The notes: generated by a model not told the origin, from the letters alone. DNA of 64,000 nucleotides from Methanobacteriota archaeon (GCA_030594205.1 JAUVFR010000003.1:19489-83488), one strand, 5' to 3'; positions 1 to 9,172 are shown, numbered from the stretch's first letter. Program-made: numbers and translations.

Positions 1-151
1 TGACGATGAGGATGGTCACCTGAAGAACCACGAGTCCCGATGTCAGGACATCGAAGGCGGCCTGAGTCCCTCCGGACAGATTCCCCGGCAATCCCAAGAC
101 CAGGGCAGGACCAAGAAAGACGACGGAGGTGAGGATCAAGAAACTGCCCAT
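1..151 (-). CDS. hypothetical membrane protein, N-terminal fragment (gene runs off the left edge)
   Basis: My own minus-strand translation from ATG at 151 gives MGSFLILTSVVFLGPALVLGLPGNLSGGTQAAFDVLTSGLVVLQVTILIV. It is hydrophobic with mostly G/C third positions. An in-frame GTG at 205 is an alternative start. It is absent from the ORF track because it is truncated. Confidence 0.35.
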   Translation of the reverse strand, partial: MGSFLILTSVVFLGPALVLGLPGNLSGGTQAAFDVLTSGLVVLQVTILIV

Positions 152-415
152 CAGGGCGCGATGGAGGCCCCCACTCGTCCGGAGTGGAAACGAACGGTGA
201 CTCACCGGATCTCTGACGGTCGTGTCCTTGCGATTCCCTAGCCCGGGTTAAGAGTTGTGTCGGAGAGGGTGGCTAGACGTTGCACACGGACAAACGCTGG
301 TTTTCGGCTGACGGCGAGCCTGCGTCGGTCAACGGTGGAAAAGCAGGAGAGCCATCGGCATCGGGGGAGCCAATGAAGTGTCTGCTCGTGTGCGTTTGTC
401 GTGGAGGCTGCTGCT

Positions 416-910
416 CTACTGCCGCGGAGGACGCGTGGTCCAGCTGCGGACGATACTGGTCCAGGGCGGCTCCTCATCCATCTGCCACATCAGGGCAATC
501 AATTCCCCGACGTGGGCGATCTCATCGAGGAACGTATGGAGCAGGACCTGTTCGACGGTCGCCTTCCGAATCCATCCCTCGATTTCGATCTCCTTCCCCA
601 AGTCTTCGGACGACAAATCACGGAAGAAGGCCTGTGCTTTCTCCGCCACTTCTCGATCGTACCTCTCCATGTCCTCGAAGGCCTTGAAGGAGGCCGGATC
701 GATGTCCTCCCAGGGTTTCCCCGGGATGTCGTGGTGAAGGTACGAATCCTCCACTTCGAGGAGGTGGATGAAGATGTCGTGCATGGAGCTGTACGTGGCC
801 TCCCGATTCTTGTCGACCTCCTCCCAACCCAAGTCCCGGAACTTAGCGAGGAAGCGACGGCGGAGGGAGGCGACGTAGGTGAAGAGCTGTTCGAGGTCAG
901 TGAGGTCCAT
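416..910 (-). CDS. DinB family protein
   Basis: 164-aa ORF of typical DinB_2 size (about 160 aa). His-containing helices (HDIFIHLLEVEDSYLHH, LLHTFLDEIAHVGEL) resemble the four-helix-bundle metal site of that family. Confidence 0.7.
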   Translation of the reverse strand: MDLTDLEQLFTYVASLRRRFLAKFRDLGWEEVDKNREATYSSMHDIFIHLLEVEDSYLHHDIPGKPWEDIDPASFKAFEDMERYDREVAEKAQAFFRDLSSEDLGKEIEIEGWIRKATVEQVLLHTFLDEIAHVGELIALMWQMDEEPPWTSIVRSWTTRPPRQ

Positions 911-972
911 CGGTCGGGGGCATCCGTATCCTTCGACTTAACATCGGCCCTCACGACCCGACGCGCAGGGCC

Positions 973-1539
973 CTACGTCCCCAAACTCGGCGCATCGCCC
1001 TGAACGCCCGACACCAGCTCCGCGATTCCGGCAATGATTAGGATGAGGGCGAGCACGGCAGCGAGGGCGAATTCCCCGAGTCCGGGTACCAGGAGCACCC
1101 CAAGGGCGAGTAGGATAACAACCACGCCCAGAATCCCATGGAACAACCGGTGGCCGCTGGGTTTGTCCGCTGGCAGGGCCTCGGTGGAAATCCGGCTGAC
1201 GCCGTAGAACATGAGGCCCACCGCCAGCAGGATGAACAGGATACTCCGTCCGACACTCGGGGCGACGATGGCCGTGATTCCGAGGGCCAGGGCAAGGAGG
1301 CCTCCAAGGGGGAGGGCGATCTGTCGCCACGTGGGCTGTTGGATCCCCCGAATTCCCACAAAGACGGAAATGATCCCGAGGATCATGAGGCCGACCGCCA
1401 ACAGCGCAACGATTACGTCGACCGCAATTCCGGGAAACGCGAGGATGAGGGTTCCGGCGACAATCGCCCCCACGCCCAGGATGGTCCGCGCAAGACGAAC
1501 GTCGAAAGCCTGTCCTTCCCCCGCCATCTCTGTCGTCAC
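973..1539 (-). CDS. HdeD/DUF308 family membrane protein
   Basis: 188-aa ORF made of repeated Gly/Ala/Ile/Leu-rich transmembrane pairs (ILGVGAIVAGTLILAFPG, LLAVGLMILGIISVFVG and others), as in DUF308. Confidence 0.7.
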   Translation of the reverse strand: MTTEMAGEGQAFDVRLARTILGVGAIVAGTLILAFPGIAVDVIVALLAVGLMILGIISVFVGIRGIQQPTWRQIALPLGGLLALALGITAIVAPSVGRSILFILLAVGLMFYGVSRISTEALPADKPSGHRLFHGILGVVVILLALGVLLVPGLGEFALAAVLALILIIAGIAELVSGVQGDAPSLGT

Positions 1540-1669
1540 CTGGTACTATGCGGTGTATTAAACTCTGCCGAGACGCGCTATCCGGCCCCACCGTGGCCTC
1601 GTCTGGAATCAGGTTCACGAGGGAGAGCAGAAGGTGGAGCCCGCCCGTCGTGAGCGCGAGTCCGAACGT

Positions 1670-1855
1670 GTCGACCTGTGCCTCGAGCACCTGAACCAAC
1701 GGATCGCGGACGAGATTCAACTCTCGGGCTTGGCCTTCGTGATGACGACGAAGATCCATAAGCGGCGCGTCCTGCGACTCTCCATCTGCAGCCACCGGAC
1801 GACCCTGTCCGACACCGAGGCGGTCTTCGGGAAGCTCCAGGAGCTCGGCGAGGCA
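1670..1855 (+). pseudogene. orphan C-terminal fragment of a PLP-dependent (group II) decarboxylase
   Basis: aa 13-74 of ORF 1634..2140 (LNQRIADEIQLSGLAFVMTTKIHKRRVLRLSICSHRTTLSDTEAVF) match the last ~60 residues of aromatic-amino-acid/diaminobutyrate-type decarboxylases. No catalytic N-terminal part lies upstream. Confidence 0.5.
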
Positions 1856-1858
1856 GTC

Positions 1859-2140
1859 GAAGGCAAGGTTGGCGTTCATCTCGACGGGGGCGTGCGGCGG
1901 AGGACGGACGTCCTCAAGGGGATGGCCCCAGGGCCGCGCGCGGTCCTCGTGGGTGATCCGATCCTTTACGGACTGGCCCTGGACGGCGCTCCGGGCGTCC
2001 AAGCCGTCCTCCAGCACCTCCACGAGGAGTTCGATCGTGCGATGGCCCTCAGCGGGGCCGCAACCCTTGCCGACATCGGCCCCCCCCTTCTCCAGAGCTC
2101 GGGCAGGCTCAGCGATGAGTCGGCTGCCGCTAGCGCATGA
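1859..2140 (+). pseudogene. orphan C-terminal fragment of an FMN-dependent alpha-hydroxy-acid dehydrogenase/oxidase
   Basis: VHLDGGVRRRTDVLKGMAPGPRAVLVGDPILYGLALDGAPGVQAVLQHLHEEFDRAMALSGAATLADI matches the LDGGIRRGTDVLKALALGA..V.IGRP.LYGLA..G..GV...L..E..RAMAL.G consensus. About 300 N-terminal residues are missing. Confidence 0.6.
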
Positions 2141-2900
2141 GGAAGCCGCCGTCCACGGCCATCAGCGTCCCCGTGATCAGGCTCGCGTCCTCGGAGGCGA
2201 GGAAGGCCGCTTTGCGTGCGACTTCCACCGGATCCCCGAGGCGTTTCAGGGCGGTCTCGTCCGCGAGGGCACGACGCTCATCTTCGGTGAGCGGTGCCAT
2301 GGCCGGTGTGTCGATGCTCCCGAGGACCAGGCTGTTCACGTGGATGTTGTCCGGACCGAGATACCGTGCCAGGGATTTGGTGAGCGAGAGGAGGCCTCCC
2401 TTGGCCAGCAGATAGGAGATGCCGACCACGTCTCCGGACACGGCCGGGGTGGAGCTCACAAACACAATGCGTCCGCTCGGGGATTCTTTCAGGTAGGGGA
2501 TGGCCGCCTGGGCGGTATAGACGGATCCAAGCAAGTCCACGCGGATGGGCCGAATCAGGATTTCCTCCGTGAGCTCCTCGAAGGGAGTACGCCAGTCCTC
2601 CCGATTGTAGGGGTATCCCGCATAGGCGACCACGGCATCCAGCCCGCCCAATGCGGACGCCACGTCGTCGACGAGTCTTCTAGCCGACTCGCGCTGTGAC
2701 ACGTCAGCCTGGACGGCCACGGCCTGGGTCCCCGTCGCTTCGAGCTCCTCCACCAGCTTCTCTGCCTCTGTCTTGGCCGAGTTGTAATGCACGCCGATAC
2801 CGGCGGCTCCTCGCACCGCGAACTCACGGGCGGTGGCGGATCCGATGCCGCCTGTTCCCCCCGTAATCAAGGCGCGCTTACCCTCGAGCATTCGGGCCAT
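2130..2900 (-). CDS. SDR family oxidoreductase (FabG-like)
   Basis: Has the TGGTGGIGSA Rossmann motif, NSAK, and a Ser...YxxxK region (SSTPAV..., SYLLAKGG). I chose the start at MARMLEGKRALITGG; the ORF extends to 2963. Confidence 0.85.
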   Translation of the reverse strand: MARMLEGKRALITGGTGGIGSATAREFAVRGAAGIGVHYNSAKTEAEKLVEELEATGTQAVAVQADVSQRESARRLVDDVASALGGLDAVVAYAGYPYNREDWRTPFEELTEEILIRPIRVDLLGSVYTAQAAIPYLKESPSGRIVFVSSTPAVSGDVVGISYLLAKGGLLSLTKSLARYLGPDNIHVNSLVLGSIDTPAMAPLTEDERRALADETALKRLGDPVEVARKAAFLASEDASLITGTLMAVDGGFLMR

Positions 2901-2971
2901 CGCAACGCGAAGGGACTCCTCAATAAAGGGCATTCCCTCAATATGGAGGCGGGGAGGGCGCACGCAAGTGT

Positions 2972-3424
2972 CTACTCGGCCGGCGCGCCTTCCAACGCCT
3001 TCAGGATCAGGCTAACCTCGGGATAGCCCCGTTCCGCCATTCGGATGATGTACTCCTTGTCCACCACGTAGGTGGTGGGGGCGATGGAACCGTCCTCGGC
3101 CAAGGCGTGGAAGTCCTCGGCGCAACTATTGGCCTCGTCAATGAGGAAGGCGAAGGGCAGGTTGTTCCGGTAGACGAAGATGGACTGGAACCGCTGGTTC
3201 GAAGGGGAGATGCCGATGATCTCGGTGTCGGTGGCCTTGATCTCCGCGGCTCGTTCACGGACCTGCCCCAGGTAGGCGGTATTCTCGTCGGAGCCGTCCG
3301 CCGGGTGGCAGAAGATCAGGACCAGGTTCTTCTTCCCCTGGAAGTCCCGGGTGTCCATGATGCGCGAGTAGGTCGCGGGCAGGTGAAAGCGGGGCGCCTT
3401 CTCCCCAACGGGAATGGGGTCCAT
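2972..3424 (-). CDS. peroxiredoxin/AhpC-TSA-fold protein lacking the canonical peroxidatic Cys motif
   Basis: Prx/BCP-like layout (GEKAPRFHLP, KNLVLIFCHPADGS, IIGISPSN, NLPFAFLIDE). The start is taken at MDPIPVGEKAP; the ORF extends to 3481. Confidence 0.65.
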   Translation of the reverse strand: MDPIPVGEKAPRFHLPATYSRIMDTRDFQGKKNLVLIFCHPADGSDENTAYLGQVRERAAEIKATDTEIIGISPSNQRFQSIFVYRNNLPFAFLIDEANSCAEDFHALAEDGSIAPTTYVVDKEYIIRMAERGYPEVSLILKALEGAPAE

Positions 3425-3511
3425 GGTTCCGGTCGTTTCGTCGAGGCCATCGACGCCTAAATACTTGACCGGAGGGCTCAATCTTTAGTAGCGATCGGCG
3501 GTAGGCCAGGC

Positions 3512-4360
3512 GTGACTTCCCTGCTGGGGGCCCACGTCTCCATCGCCGGCGGCGTGGAACTCGCCCCGGGCCGCGGAGACGACCTCGGCTGTGAGGCCAT
3601 CCAGATTTTCTCCAAGAACCAGCGCCAGTGGGCAGCCAAGCCCCTCACGGAAGAGGCCGCGGAGGCCTTCAAGCGGGCGTTTAGCAAGTCCCAGCAGCGG
3701 ACCACGGCTATCCACGACTCCTACCTCATCAACCTGGCGGACAGGCGGGCGGAGAACGTGGCAAGATCCCGCGACGCCTTCGTGGTGGAGCTGGAGAGGG
3801 CGCAACTCCTGGGGGTCCCGCATCTCATCTTCCATCCCGGAAACCACCGGGGGGAGGGATTGAAGTTGGGCCTTCGACAGATCGCAGCAAGCCTGGATCT
3901 CACCATGAAAGAGGCCGATGCTCCCGACGTCAGTGTCTTGCTGGAGGGCACGGCCGGGGCCGGCAACTCGGTCGGGAGCACTTTCGAGCAGCTCCAGGGC
4001 GTTCGGGAGGCGGTGGATATGCCCGAGCGCGTGGGTTTTTGCTTCGACACGTGCCACCTCTTTGCTGCTGGCTACGACATCCGGACCGCGGAGTCCTACG
4101 AGCTCGTGATGCAACACGCGGAGAACATCCTGGGGCTCGAGAACATCCAGGCCTTCCACCTGAACGACTGCAAAGGGGAGCTAGGGTCCCACCTCGACCG
4201 ACACGAGCACATCGGCCAAGGTGGAATCGGGCTCGAAGGATTCCGCCTCCTCGTCGACGACGCTCGGTGGGATGGGGTCCCCATGTACCTCGAGACGCCG
4301 GGCCGGGAAAAGCACTTCAAGGAGAACCTCAAGGTGCTCAAGGGGCTTCGGATGTCCTGA
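3512..4360 (+). CDS. nfo: deoxyribonuclease IV (endonuclease IV)
   Basis: 282 aa. LGAHVSIAGG, IQIFSKNQRQW, HLIFHPGNH, LLEGTAGAGN, CFDTCHLFAAGYD and FHLND are typical Nfo TIM-barrel metal-site motifs. Confidence 0.9.
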   Translation: MTSLLGAHVSIAGGVELAPGRGDDLGCEAIQIFSKNQRQWAAKPLTEEAAEAFKRAFSKSQQRTTAIHDSYLINLADRRAENVARSRDAFVVELERAQLLGVPHLIFHPGNHRGEGLKLGLRQIAASLDLTMKEADAPDVSVLLEGTAGAGNSVGSTFEQLQGVREAVDMPERVGFCFDTCHLFAAGYDIRTAESYELVMQHAENILGLENIQAFHLNDCKGELGSHLDRHEHIGQGGIGLEGFRLLVDDARWDGVPMYLETPGREKHFKENLKVLKGLRMS

Positions 4361-4410
4361 GGCGGGACGCCCGGGGTGGCAGGCGTGGCGAATTGCCCCG
4401 TCCTTTTCGC

Positions 4411-4900
4411 TCACTCCGGTCCTTGCCCGCCCCGTCGCCGTTCCAGGATCACAACCACGATGATGATGACGGCGACAACCACGGCTATGATCACACCGAC
4501 CAGCACCAGGTCGATGGGGGCAGCCGCAGGCACCGCCGCGATCGTGGCCGTCCCGGCGGCGAGGGTCGAGGACTGGTCTGTCAGATCGTACTCGATGTGG
4601 TCGGTGGCCCCGCCAGGGACGTTACCGACGAGTGGCTTGAACTGGAAGGGTCCGGGGTCCGTGTCAGCAGCGCCGCGCGGCTCGATGGAGATCACGATGG
4701 TCTGGCCCGCGAGGTCCGTGGGGAAGGTCACCCCCGAGGGCGCATTCACGAGGACGGCCCCACAGGTACACTAAGCTCGCGAAGGTCTGGCACACCCGAT
4801 ATTCCCCATCGAACAGCAGCGTCGGGCTCCCCGAGCGTTGAGGAATCATCTGGTCTGCCTGCCCACCGGAAGGACGCCGTCGAGCCCTAGGAAGGTTCAC
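4411..4900 (-). pseudogene. membrane-anchored protein resembling the RskA (anti-sigma-K) C-terminal domain, apparently frameshifted
   Basis: ORF 4411..4749 (NAPSGVTFPTDLAGQTIVISIEPRGAADTDPGPF... plus a C-terminal TM helix) continues upstream in another frame (ORF 4664..4900, ...EYRVCQTFASLVYLWGRP). The join lies near 4750. GTG at 4900 overlaps the HAD stop as GTGA. Confidence 0.4.
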
Positions 4901-5496
4901 GACTCACCTCTCGTTGCTTCCCGGAGGAGGTCGTTGACCGCCAGAAACGCCGTCCCGGCCGCCTCGGCCGTCTCCCGATCACGCGCTCGATCTCCCACGA
5001 ATACGGCGTTCCCCGGTTCCCCGCCCAGTTCCTGGATGCAGACGAGCAGCGGTTCCGGGTCTGGCTTGAGGCGGGTCGTGTCCCCGCGGGCCACGATGGC
5101 TCCGATGAACCCAGACAGCCCGGTCGAACGCAAGGCCTCCTCGGCGCAGGCGTGGCAGTTCAGCGTAACCACGCCGACCGCGCCCTCGCCCAGACGGGAG
5201 AGCACGTCCGCGATGGGGAGCCGCATGGCCCTCGCGCCCCCTTCCATCTCGTAGGTGCGCAACGCCTGATCAAGGGCGGAGGCCTCTTCCCCCGTGGCCT
5301 CGCGGAGCATCTCCCAGATGGTGCGTCCCGCGGACTCCTTCCCGAAACGGCGAGTGATGCGCCCAAGGTCGGCCTGTGCATCTCCCCAATCGACCCTCAG
5401 TCGCACCAGAGTCCCGTCGAGGTCGAATACGACCGTCGCGTAGGCACGAAGCAGGTCGACGGCTCGTTGCAGCTGTCCTCCTTCCACGCCGCTCAT
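4897..5496 (-). CDS. HAD family hydrolase (phosphoglycolate phosphatase-like)
   Basis: Has VVFDLDGTLV (motif I), VVTLNC (motif II) and FVGDRARD (motif IV). The start is taken at MSGVEGG; the longer ORF would overlap the upstream gene. Confidence 0.8.
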   Translation of the reverse strand: MSGVEGGQLQRAVDLLRAYATVVFDLDGTLVRLRVDWGDAQADLGRITRRFGKESAGRTIWEMLREATGEEASALDQALRTYEMEGGARAMRLPIADVLSRLGEGAVGVVTLNCHACAEEALRSTGLSGFIGAIVARGDTTRLKPDPEPLLVCIQELGGEPGNAVFVGDRARDRETAEAAGTAFLAVNDLLREATRGES

Positions 5497-5512
5497 CCCA
5501 CGGAGGGGGCGC

Positions 5513-5953
5513 CTAGGCCCCCTTCGTCCCGTCCAGGGGTTCTCGGCCGGCATACCCCGTCTCGAGATCATGGTACCACTCAAGGCGGGGTTCTCCCCGT
5601 TGCCAGCAGAGGAAGATCATCCGGCCGTCGCGTTCCGCGTGGAAGTCCACCAGCCCCTCTTCCAGGCTCTTGATGTGCCCCCCGAGCTCGTGGATTCCGT
5701 GCACCCACTTGCGAATCGCCTTGTACGCGTCATCGAGCTCCTCCTGCAGGCCCTCGTAGGTGTCGTGGTCCGGGGTGTCGGGCCGGAGGATTTCCTCGCC
5801 CCACTGCGTATCTAGGTCTATCAACCGTCCGCGCACACGGCGGTTCTGCGCCCGCAGGCGGTCAATCTCACGCAGGGCCTTGCGGATTTGGGGCAGGAGT
5901 TCGTTGACCTCTTCCGGAGTGAGAAGACGCGAGGGAACTTCCGGACGGTCCAC
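5513..5953 (-). CDS. DUF2203 family protein
   Basis: The C-terminal 146 aa of ORF 5513..6499 (coiled-coil N-terminus, then GLVDFHAERDGRMIFLCWQRGEPRLEWYHDLETGYAGREPL) fit DUF2203. The GTG at 5953 sits just after the rpoD stop. The longer ORF overlaps rpoD in another frame. Confidence 0.6.
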   Translation of the reverse strand: MDRPEVPSRLLTPEEVNELLPQIRKALREIDRLRAQNRRVRGRLIDLDTQWGEEILRPDTPDHDTYEGLQEELDDAYKAIRKWVHGIHELGGHIKSLEEGLVDFHAERDGRMIFLCWQRGEPRLEWYHDLETGYAGREPLDGTKGA

Positions 5954-5964
5954 GGGCCCATCCC

Positions 5965-6795
5965 CTAGGTCAGTCCCTCGATCCCCGCCGCCAGCTCCTC
6001 GAACTTGTGTCGGAGGATGTCGAGGGCCGCGTTGAGGGCCTGCTCCGCGGTGAGAGCGCCATCGGTCTCGAACCGGAAGAGGAATCGCGTCGGGTCCCCG
6101 CTGACCTTGATCTGACCGTCCGATGCCTCCTCGCACAGTCGGCAGAGCGTGCACTTCTCGATGTCCGTGACCCGGAACTCCCCGTTCGCCTCCAGGATGT
6201 TCACCGGACACACTGAGGCGACCTCCTCGGTCAACGTCTTGTCCTTCGGGTCGAACTCGAGGATGGGGTAGAACTTGTAGGCCGCCCCCTGGGCCGCCTG
6301 CCACTTGGCGTGGTCCTCGCCCGTTCCCAGGATGGCTGTGGCGTAGATGAGCATGGCCTGGCCGTCCCCCAGTTTCACGATGGGGATGTCCGGGTCCCGG
6401 GGGGCAAGCTTCGTATCCCCCACGGGCAGGAGGTCTCGTGAGAACGCGGTCCCGGGTCCCCGCTTGTTGAGGGAAAACATGATGGTGCAGTGGGGGCACC
6501 CCTCTCCCCCGCAGGTCGAGCAGGTCGCTCGCGGCTCGAAGACCTCCAAATCCGTGGGGATGGGGATGAGGCTGAGTCGGTGGGCGATGATTTCGTCGAA
6601 GAGAGGGGTCACGCTCTCGTATTCCTTCCCGTCCTCGCCGCGGATGGGACCGAGGTGGAACTCCACTTCCTCGATGGCCATCTTGGGAACGTTCGCCGTC
6701 AGGGTCCTCCGGAGGGAGTTCATGAAGGTGGGCTCCGCGTCCTCGATGAGGATTCGGGCCTCCTGATCCGACATCTGCCGGACGGTGACCTTCAT
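5965..6795 (-). CDS. rpoD: DNA-directed RNA polymerase subunit D (Rpo3) with Fe-S domain
   Basis: NSLRRTLTANVPKMAIEEVEF, a dimerisation domain, and cysteine clusters (CSTCGGEGCPHC, CPVN...CTLCRLC). It follows the rps13-rps4-rps11 block. Confidence 0.92.
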   Translation of the reverse strand: MKVTVRQMSDQEARILIEDAEPTFMNSLRRTLTANVPKMAIEEVEFHLGPIRGEDGKEYESVTPLFDEIIAHRLSLIPIPTDLEVFEPRATCSTCGGEGCPHCTIMFSLNKRGPGTAFSRDLLPVGDTKLAPRDPDIPIVKLGDGQAMLIYATAILGTGEDHAKWQAAQGAAYKFYPILEFDPKDKTLTEEVASVCPVNILEANGEFRVTDIEKCTLCRLCEEASDGQIKVSGDPTRFLFRFETDGALTAEQALNAALDILRHKFEELAAGIEGLT

Positions 6796-7187
6796 CAGAC
6801 TCTCCGGCCCCGCCGGCCTCCCTGGGACTTTCCGCCGTTGTGCGGCACGGGGGTCACGTCCTCGATGCGTCCGATACGAAGCCCGGCCCGGGCAAGGGCG
6901 CGGATGGCCGCCTGGGCCCCGGGGCCCGGAGACTTGGACTTGTTCCCCCCCGGCGCGCGGATCTTAACGTGGATGCCCTCCACCCCCCTCTCCTTCGCCG
7001 CGTCGGCGACGCGTTCGGCCGCGCGCATCGCCGCATACGGGGTGGACTCGTCCTTGTCCGCTTTCACCACCATGCCCCCCGTGGCCTTGGCGATGGTCTC
7101 GGCTCCCGTGAGGTCGGTCAGCGTGATGATGATGTTGTTGTAGGAAGCATAGATGTGGGCTACGCCCCACTTGGTCACCTCATTCAC
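6795..7187 (-). CDS. rps11: 30S ribosomal protein S11
   Basis: [23 protein letters not shown]...[14 protein letters not shown]...[24 protein letters not shown] are canonical uS11 motifs. Confidence 0.95.
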   Translation of the reverse strand: MNEVTKWGVAHIYASYNNIIITLTDLTGAETIAKATGGMVVKADKDESTPYAAMRAAERVADAAKERGVEGIHVKIRAPGGNKSKSPGPGAQAAIRALARAGLRIGRIEDVTPVPHNGGKSQGGRRGRRV

Positions 7188-7749
7188 CTCCTTCCTGGGC
7201 GAGGCGGCGCGCCTCCATGACCTCCCACGACGGCCGAGCCGGGTGCGCCTCGTTCGCCAGGTCCGAGTGGGGATGGTACCGGATGGAGTCCTCCTCGTTT
7301 CGACGGACGATGTATCCAGGGATCGTCACCTTTCGATCGCTGATGGAGATGTGGCCGTGGACGATGAACTGGCGCGCCTGCCTGGCCGTGTGGGCGAGCC
7401 CCTTCAAGTACGCAAAAGTCTGGAGCCGGCGCTCCAGGATGTTCCGCGTCTGGAGGGTCAGCACGTCATCCAGGTGGGCCCCCGATGAGGCGAGGATGCC
7501 CAACCGTGCCAAGCGCTGGAGGAGTTCCTCGACTTCTTTCTCGGCCTGGGAGTCCCCGAACCGGACCTGGGCTTGCAGGACGCGAGCCCGCTGTCGCCAA
7601 TGCCGGAGGAGACTCTCCGTCCTCCATAACTCTCGCTTGTTCCGGAGTCCAAACTGTCCGAGGAGATCGTTCTCGGCCTGGATTCGATCGGCCTGAAAGG
7701 GACGCGAGGGCCGCGACCAGCGCGCACGAGGAAACTTGGGATCACCCAC
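7180..7749 (-). CDS. rps4: 30S ribosomal protein S4
   Basis: [18 protein letters not shown]..., an S4 RNA-binding domain ([30 protein letters not shown]), and conserved position in the cluster. Confidence 0.95.
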   Translation of the reverse strand: MGDPKFPRARWSRPSRPFQADRIQAENDLLGQFGLRNKRELWRTESLLRHWRQRARVLQAQVRFGDSQAEKEVEELLQRLARLGILASSGAHLDDVLTLQTRNILERRLQTFAYLKGLAHTARQARQFIVHGHISISDRKVTIPGYIVRRNEEDSIRYHPHSDLANEAHPARPSWEVMEARRLAQEGGE

Positions 7750-7759
7750 GAGATTCTAC

Positions 7760-8242
7760 CTACCCTGCCTGACCGCCCTTGCCGGCCTTGCGGGTCACGC
7801 CCACCTGTAGCCCTTTCCGTCCGTTGCTCTTGGTGCGTTGCCCCCGCACCTTCTTTGCGCCCGTCTCGTGGCGGATGCCGCGGTAGCTGCGAATCATCTT
7901 CAGCCGGTTGATGTCGTCCGTCCGTCGCAGGTCGACCTCGGCGCCTACGAGCTGTCCGTCCTCGCCTGTCCAGTAGTCCGCGCGACGGTTGAGGGCCCAC
8001 ACAGGGACCCTCTCCCCCAGCTCCTCGAGGAGGGCGGCGAGTTCCTCGACTTTCTCGTCGGACATGTTTCCAATCTTCTCAGTCCGCGGTACCCCGATGA
8101 GGTCGGAGAGCATTTCCGCCACCCGGACGCCGATTCCCTTCACCCCCGTCAGGGCGAGGGCGATGGGTCGATTCCCATCCAGGTCCGTCGTCGCGATTCG
8201 GACGATGTACTTGAAGTCCTCAGCGGTTTCTTCGTCTGCCAT
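7760..8242 (-). CDS. rps13: 30S ribosomal protein S13
   Basis: The 160 aa from ATG at 8242 read MADEETAEDFKYIVRIATTDLDGNRPIALALTGVKGIGVRVA...RSYRGIRHETGAKKVRGQRTKSNGRKG. The longer track ORF (to 8551) has an implausible N-terminus. Confidence 0.95.
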   Translation of the reverse strand: MADEETAEDFKYIVRIATTDLDGNRPIALALTGVKGIGVRVAEMLSDLIGVPRTEKIGNMSDEKVEELAALLEELGERVPVWALNRRADYWTGEDGQLVGAEVDLRRTDDINRLKMIRSYRGIRHETGAKKVRGQRTKSNGRKGLQVGVTRKAGKGGQAG

Positions 8243-8338
8243 GGGGACGACCGTTACGAAGCTGCCGACGCTATATAAGCGTGCGCGGGAGCCAGGCATC
8301 CGGGAATCCTTAAAGGCCGACGGGGCCTTCGCGCGGCC

Positions 8339-9172
8339 GTGCAGGGCTACCTGGCCATCCTGCGACCGCCCAACCTCGTGATGTCCTTCGTAGGGTGCCT
8401 CCTGGGGAGCGCCGTCGTACTGGGCTCGGTCTCTACGCTCCTCGAGTCCCTCTCTCCCGCCCTGCAGGCCGCCGCCATCGCGGTTCTCTTCACCGCCGCC
8501 GGCAACACGCTCAACGACTACTACGACCGCGAGACAGATCGGGTGAACCACCCGGAACGCCCGATTCCTAGCGGGAAGGTGACGGCCCGAGGAGCCCTGG
8601 CCGTTGCCGGGCTGCTGTTTGCGGCCACGGTGCCCTGGAGCCTCCTCCTCCGCTGGGAGCTCCTGGCCGTGGTCCTCGTCAACCTGGCTTTCATGGCGTC
8701 CTACGAAGCGGTCTTCAAGCGGACGGGCCTCCGGGGCAACCTCCTCATCGCGTGGTTGGTGGCCTCCCTCTTCCTCTTCGGGGGACTGGCCCTGTACCCT
8801 GATTTCCCGGCCCTCCTGCCGGTCCTCGTGCTGGCTCTCTTGGCCTTCTTGGCCACCCTCGGCCGCGAGATCGTCAAAGACATCGAGGACGTGGGGGGGG
8901 ACACGGATCGCGAGACCTTGCCTCAGCGCATGGGGACCACCGGGGCGGCCCGGGTGGCCGCCGCTTTCTTTGTCCTCGCAGTGGGGCTGAGCGGCCTCCC
9001 ACCCGCCCTGCAGATGCTCGGTCTCGCCTACCTGCCGGTTGTTCTCGTCGCTGACGCAATTCTTATCTATGCCGCGCTCAATTCCTCCCGACGGCCTGGT
9101 TTATCCCAACGCGCCGCAAAGTACGGGATGGTGGTGGCTCTACTGGCGTTCCTCGTGGGGGCCCTTCCATGA
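8339..9172 (+). CDS. UbiA-family prenyltransferase, likely digeranylgeranylglyceryl phosphate (DGGGP) synthase
   Basis: NTLNDYYDRETDRVNHPERPIPSG and a second Asp-rich motif (KDIEDVGGD). There are about 8 TM helices. It overlaps the GGGP synthase gene by ATGA. Confidence 0.8.
   Translation: MQGYLAILRPPNLVMSFVGCLLGSAVVLGSVSTLLESLSPALQAAAIAVLFTAAGNTLNDYYDRETDRVNHPERPIPSGKVTARGALAVAGLLFAATVPWSLLLRWELLAVVLVNLAFMASYEAVFKRTGLRGNLLIAWLVASLFLFGGLALYPDFPALLPVLVLALLAFLATLGREIVKDIEDVGGDTDRETLPQRMGTTGAARVAAAFFVLAVGLSGLPPALQMLGLAYLPVVLVADAILIYAALNSSRRPGLSQRAAKYGMVVALLAFLVGALP

Noticed and set aside
5513-6499. 328-aa ORF treated as one gene. The same applies to 7760..8551, 35214..36461 and 37281..39191 when read at their longest extent.
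   Set aside because: The N-terminal extensions overlap well-supported neighbouring genes in other frames and are Pro/Gly/Arg-rich. Shorter starts just after the upstream stop give family-typical N-termini.
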